From: Pseudomonadota bacterium | GTDB taxonomy: Bacteria > Pseudomonadota > Alphaproteobacteria > Caulobacterales > Caulobacteraceae | NCBI GenBank assembly: GCA_023456105.1 | Contig: JAEYAO010000066.1 | Location: forward strand, 6,291-70,290 | Length of the DNA: 64,000 bases | Reading direction: 5' to 3' | Shown: one piece after another, positions 62,452-64,000 of the stretch | How positions within the stretch are numbered: the stretch's first letter is position 1 | Layout: each line of letters opens with the position of its first letter | Position numbers and translations under genes: made by a program | The notes under the pieces: model-generated | The model's database searches: none | Told to the model about the DNA's origin: nothing | Seen by the model: only the letters and a program-made list of their open reading frames with translations

Positions 62452-63786
62452 ATGAGCGAACACGAATCCACCTATGTGCCGAAGACCGGCGTCGAGAAGT
62501 GGCTGGACAGCCGGCTTCCGATCGTCCGCTTCGCCGCCGACTACGCCTCGCTGCCGACGCCGAAGAACCTGAACTACTGGTGGACGTTCGGCGGCATCCT
62601 GGCCCTGTGCCTGATGACGCAGATCGTCACCGGCATCGTGCTGGCCATGCACTATACGCCCAACGTCGACCTGGCCTTCGCCTCGGTCGAGCGCATCATG
62701 CGCGACGTGAACGGCGGCTGGCTGATCCGCTATGTGCACGCCAACGGCGCGTCGATGTTCTTTATCGCCGTATATCTGCACATGCTGCGGGGGCTTTATT
62801 ACGGATCGTACAAGGCCCCGCGCGAGATGATCTGGATCATCGGCTGCGTGATCTTCTTTCTGATGATCGCCACGGCCTTCCTGGGCTACGTCCTGCCGTG
62901 GGGCCAGATGTCGTTCTGGGGCGCGGAGGTGATCACCAATCTTATCGGCGCCGTGCCGGTGCTGGGCGAGCCGATCCTGATCTGGCTGCGCGGCGGACCG
63001 GCGATCGACAATGCGACGCTGAACCGCTTCTTCTCGCTGCACTATGTCCTGCCGTTCGTCATCGCCGGATGCGTGGTGCTGCACCTGTGGGCGCTGCACC
63101 ATGCGGGCCAGAACAACCCGGTCGGCATCCTGATCCCCAAGAACCGGCTGGCCAAGGACACGGTGCCGTTCCACCCGTACTTCACGGTCAAGGACGGGTT
63201 CGCGGTCATCCTGTTCCTGATGCTGTTCGCCCTGTTCGTCTTCTTCATGCCCAACGCGCTGGGCCATGCGGACAACTACATTCCCGCCAATCCGCTGCAG
63301 ACGCCGGCGCACATCGTGCCCGAGTGGTACATGCTGCCCTTCTACGCCATCCTGCGGGCCATTCCGGACAAGTTCGGCGGGGTGGTGGCGATGTTCGCGG
63401 CCATCGGCGTGCTGTTCATCCTGCCGTGGCTGGACACCTCCAAGGTACGCTCGATGCGATATCGCCCGACCATGCGGACCTTCTTCATCATCCTGCTGGT
63501 GGTGGGCCTGGGCCTGGGCTGGTGCGGGGCGCAGCTGCCGGACGCCCAGGTGATCCCCGGCATGCCGTCCTTCCAGCTGTTCGACGGACAGCTGAACTCC
63601 TACCTGTGGCTGACGCGTCTGTTCACCGCCTACTACTTCGCCTTCTTCCTGGTCATCATGCCGGTGGTGGGCCTGCGCGAGACGCCCTTGCCGATCCCGG
63701 CCACCATCTCCGAACCGGTGCTGTCCGGTCATGGCGCGCCCGCCCTGACCGCCGCCGCCCCGGCGTCGCCCGAGACAAAGGGCTGA
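62452..63786 (+). CDS. petB: cytochrome b
   Basis: [42 protein letters not shown]. Confidence 0.95.
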   Translation: MSEHESTYVPKTGVEKWLDSRLPIVRFAADYASLPTPKNLNYWWTFGGILALCLMTQIVTGIVLAMHYTPNVDLAFASVERIMRDVNGGWLIRYVHANGASMFFIAVYLHMLRGLYYGSYKAPREMIWIIGCVIFFLMIATAFLGYVLPWGQMSFWGAEVITNLIGAVPVLGEPILIWLRGGPAIDNATLNRFFSLHYVLPFVIAGCVVLHLWALHHAGQNNPVGILIPKNRLAKDTVPFHPYFTVKDGFAVILFLMLFALFVFFMPNALGHADNYIPANPLQTPAHIVPEWYMLPFYAILRAIPDKFGGVVAMFAAIGVLFILPWLDTSKVRSMRYRPTMRTFFIILLVVGLGLGWCGAQLPDAQVIPGMPSFQLFDGQLNSYLWLTRLFTAYYFAFFLVIMPVVGLRETPLPIPATISEPVLSGHGAPALTAAAPASPETKG

Positions 63787-63791
63787 GCGCG

Positions 63792-64000
63792 ATGAGAACC
63801 TCCATGCTCAAGACCCTGGCTTCGGCCGTTCTCGCCGCCGGCCTGCTGACCGCGGCGCCCGCCCTGGCCGAGGGCGGCGCGCACCACCCGCGCTCGGGCG
63901 GCTTCAGCTTCGAGGGGCCGTTCGGGACCTTCGACCAGGGTCAGCTTCAGCGCGGCTACAAGGTGTACCGAGAGGTCTGCGCCTCGTGCCACAGCATGAA
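63792..64000 (+). CDS. petC: cytochrome c1 (3' partial, runs off window)
   Basis: Signal peptide, then the CASCHSM haem-binding motif. Open to the window end. Confidence 0.8.
   Translation, partial: MRTSMLKTLASAVLAAGLLTAAPALAEGGAHHPRSGGFSFEGPFGTFDQGQLQRGYKVYREVCASCHSM

Noticed and set aside
1-64000. tRNA, rRNA and CRISPR arrays, and integrase-bounded islands.
   Set aside because: No T-loop-type GGTTCGAATCC contexts, no rRNA-like stretches, no regularly spaced direct repeats and no integrase or recombinase genes were seen. The only transposase is the IS1595-type gene at 3661-4623.

Overview
This is a GC-rich segment (roughly two-thirds G+C by eye). Its gene content and promoter grammar fit a Caulobacterales-type alphaproteobacterium (Brevundimonas/Caulobacter-like). 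Supporting signs are sciP-flgE-flgD-fliK placed back-to-back with flgK-flgL, two near-identical TGGCCC-N5-TTGC sigma-54 promoters, a GAAC-N7-GAAC SOS box, and GGAAC-N16/17-(C/G)GTT stress-type promoters. I support about 65 protein-coding genes and found no rRNA, tRNA or CRISPR array. Many adjacent genes overlap by 1 or 4 nt (ATGA, GTGA, TGATG). The very long Arg/Pro/Gly/Ala-rich ORFs antisense to real genes are GC artefacts. Core content: class I lysK (5' partial), queC-queE-queD, mnmA, a flagellar hook/HAP cluster, an Mla-type ABC system, scoAB, kbl-tdh, rlmJ, hemF, trmL and petABC (petC 3' partial). Accessory or unusual content: (1) a 2.07-kb IS1595-family element (2596-4669) with perfect 24-bp inverted repeats, an 8-bp target duplication and an uncharacterised passenger ORF, inserted between a lower-GC two-gene cassette and an S24/CI-like repressor gene; (2) an SOS-box-controlled radical-SAM / UDG-like pair; (3) a type III PKS plus ICMT-like methyltransferase pair; (4) a histidine kinase-REC-HPt-EAL fusion; (5) a DHH phosphoesterase coupled to uvsE; (6) a bacterial topoisomerase IB coupled to a small unknown protein, next to an OGFr-like gene; (7) paralogous YghA-like SDRs, one with a Tat signal and a Lys-to-Arg change in the YxxxK motif; (8) a six-gene, fully overlap-coupled polysaccharide cluster followed by an MliC-DUF4232 fusion lipoprotein. 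None of these matches a named defence or other novel system that I can recognise with confidence. All family calls rest on motif recognition by eye, not on database searches.
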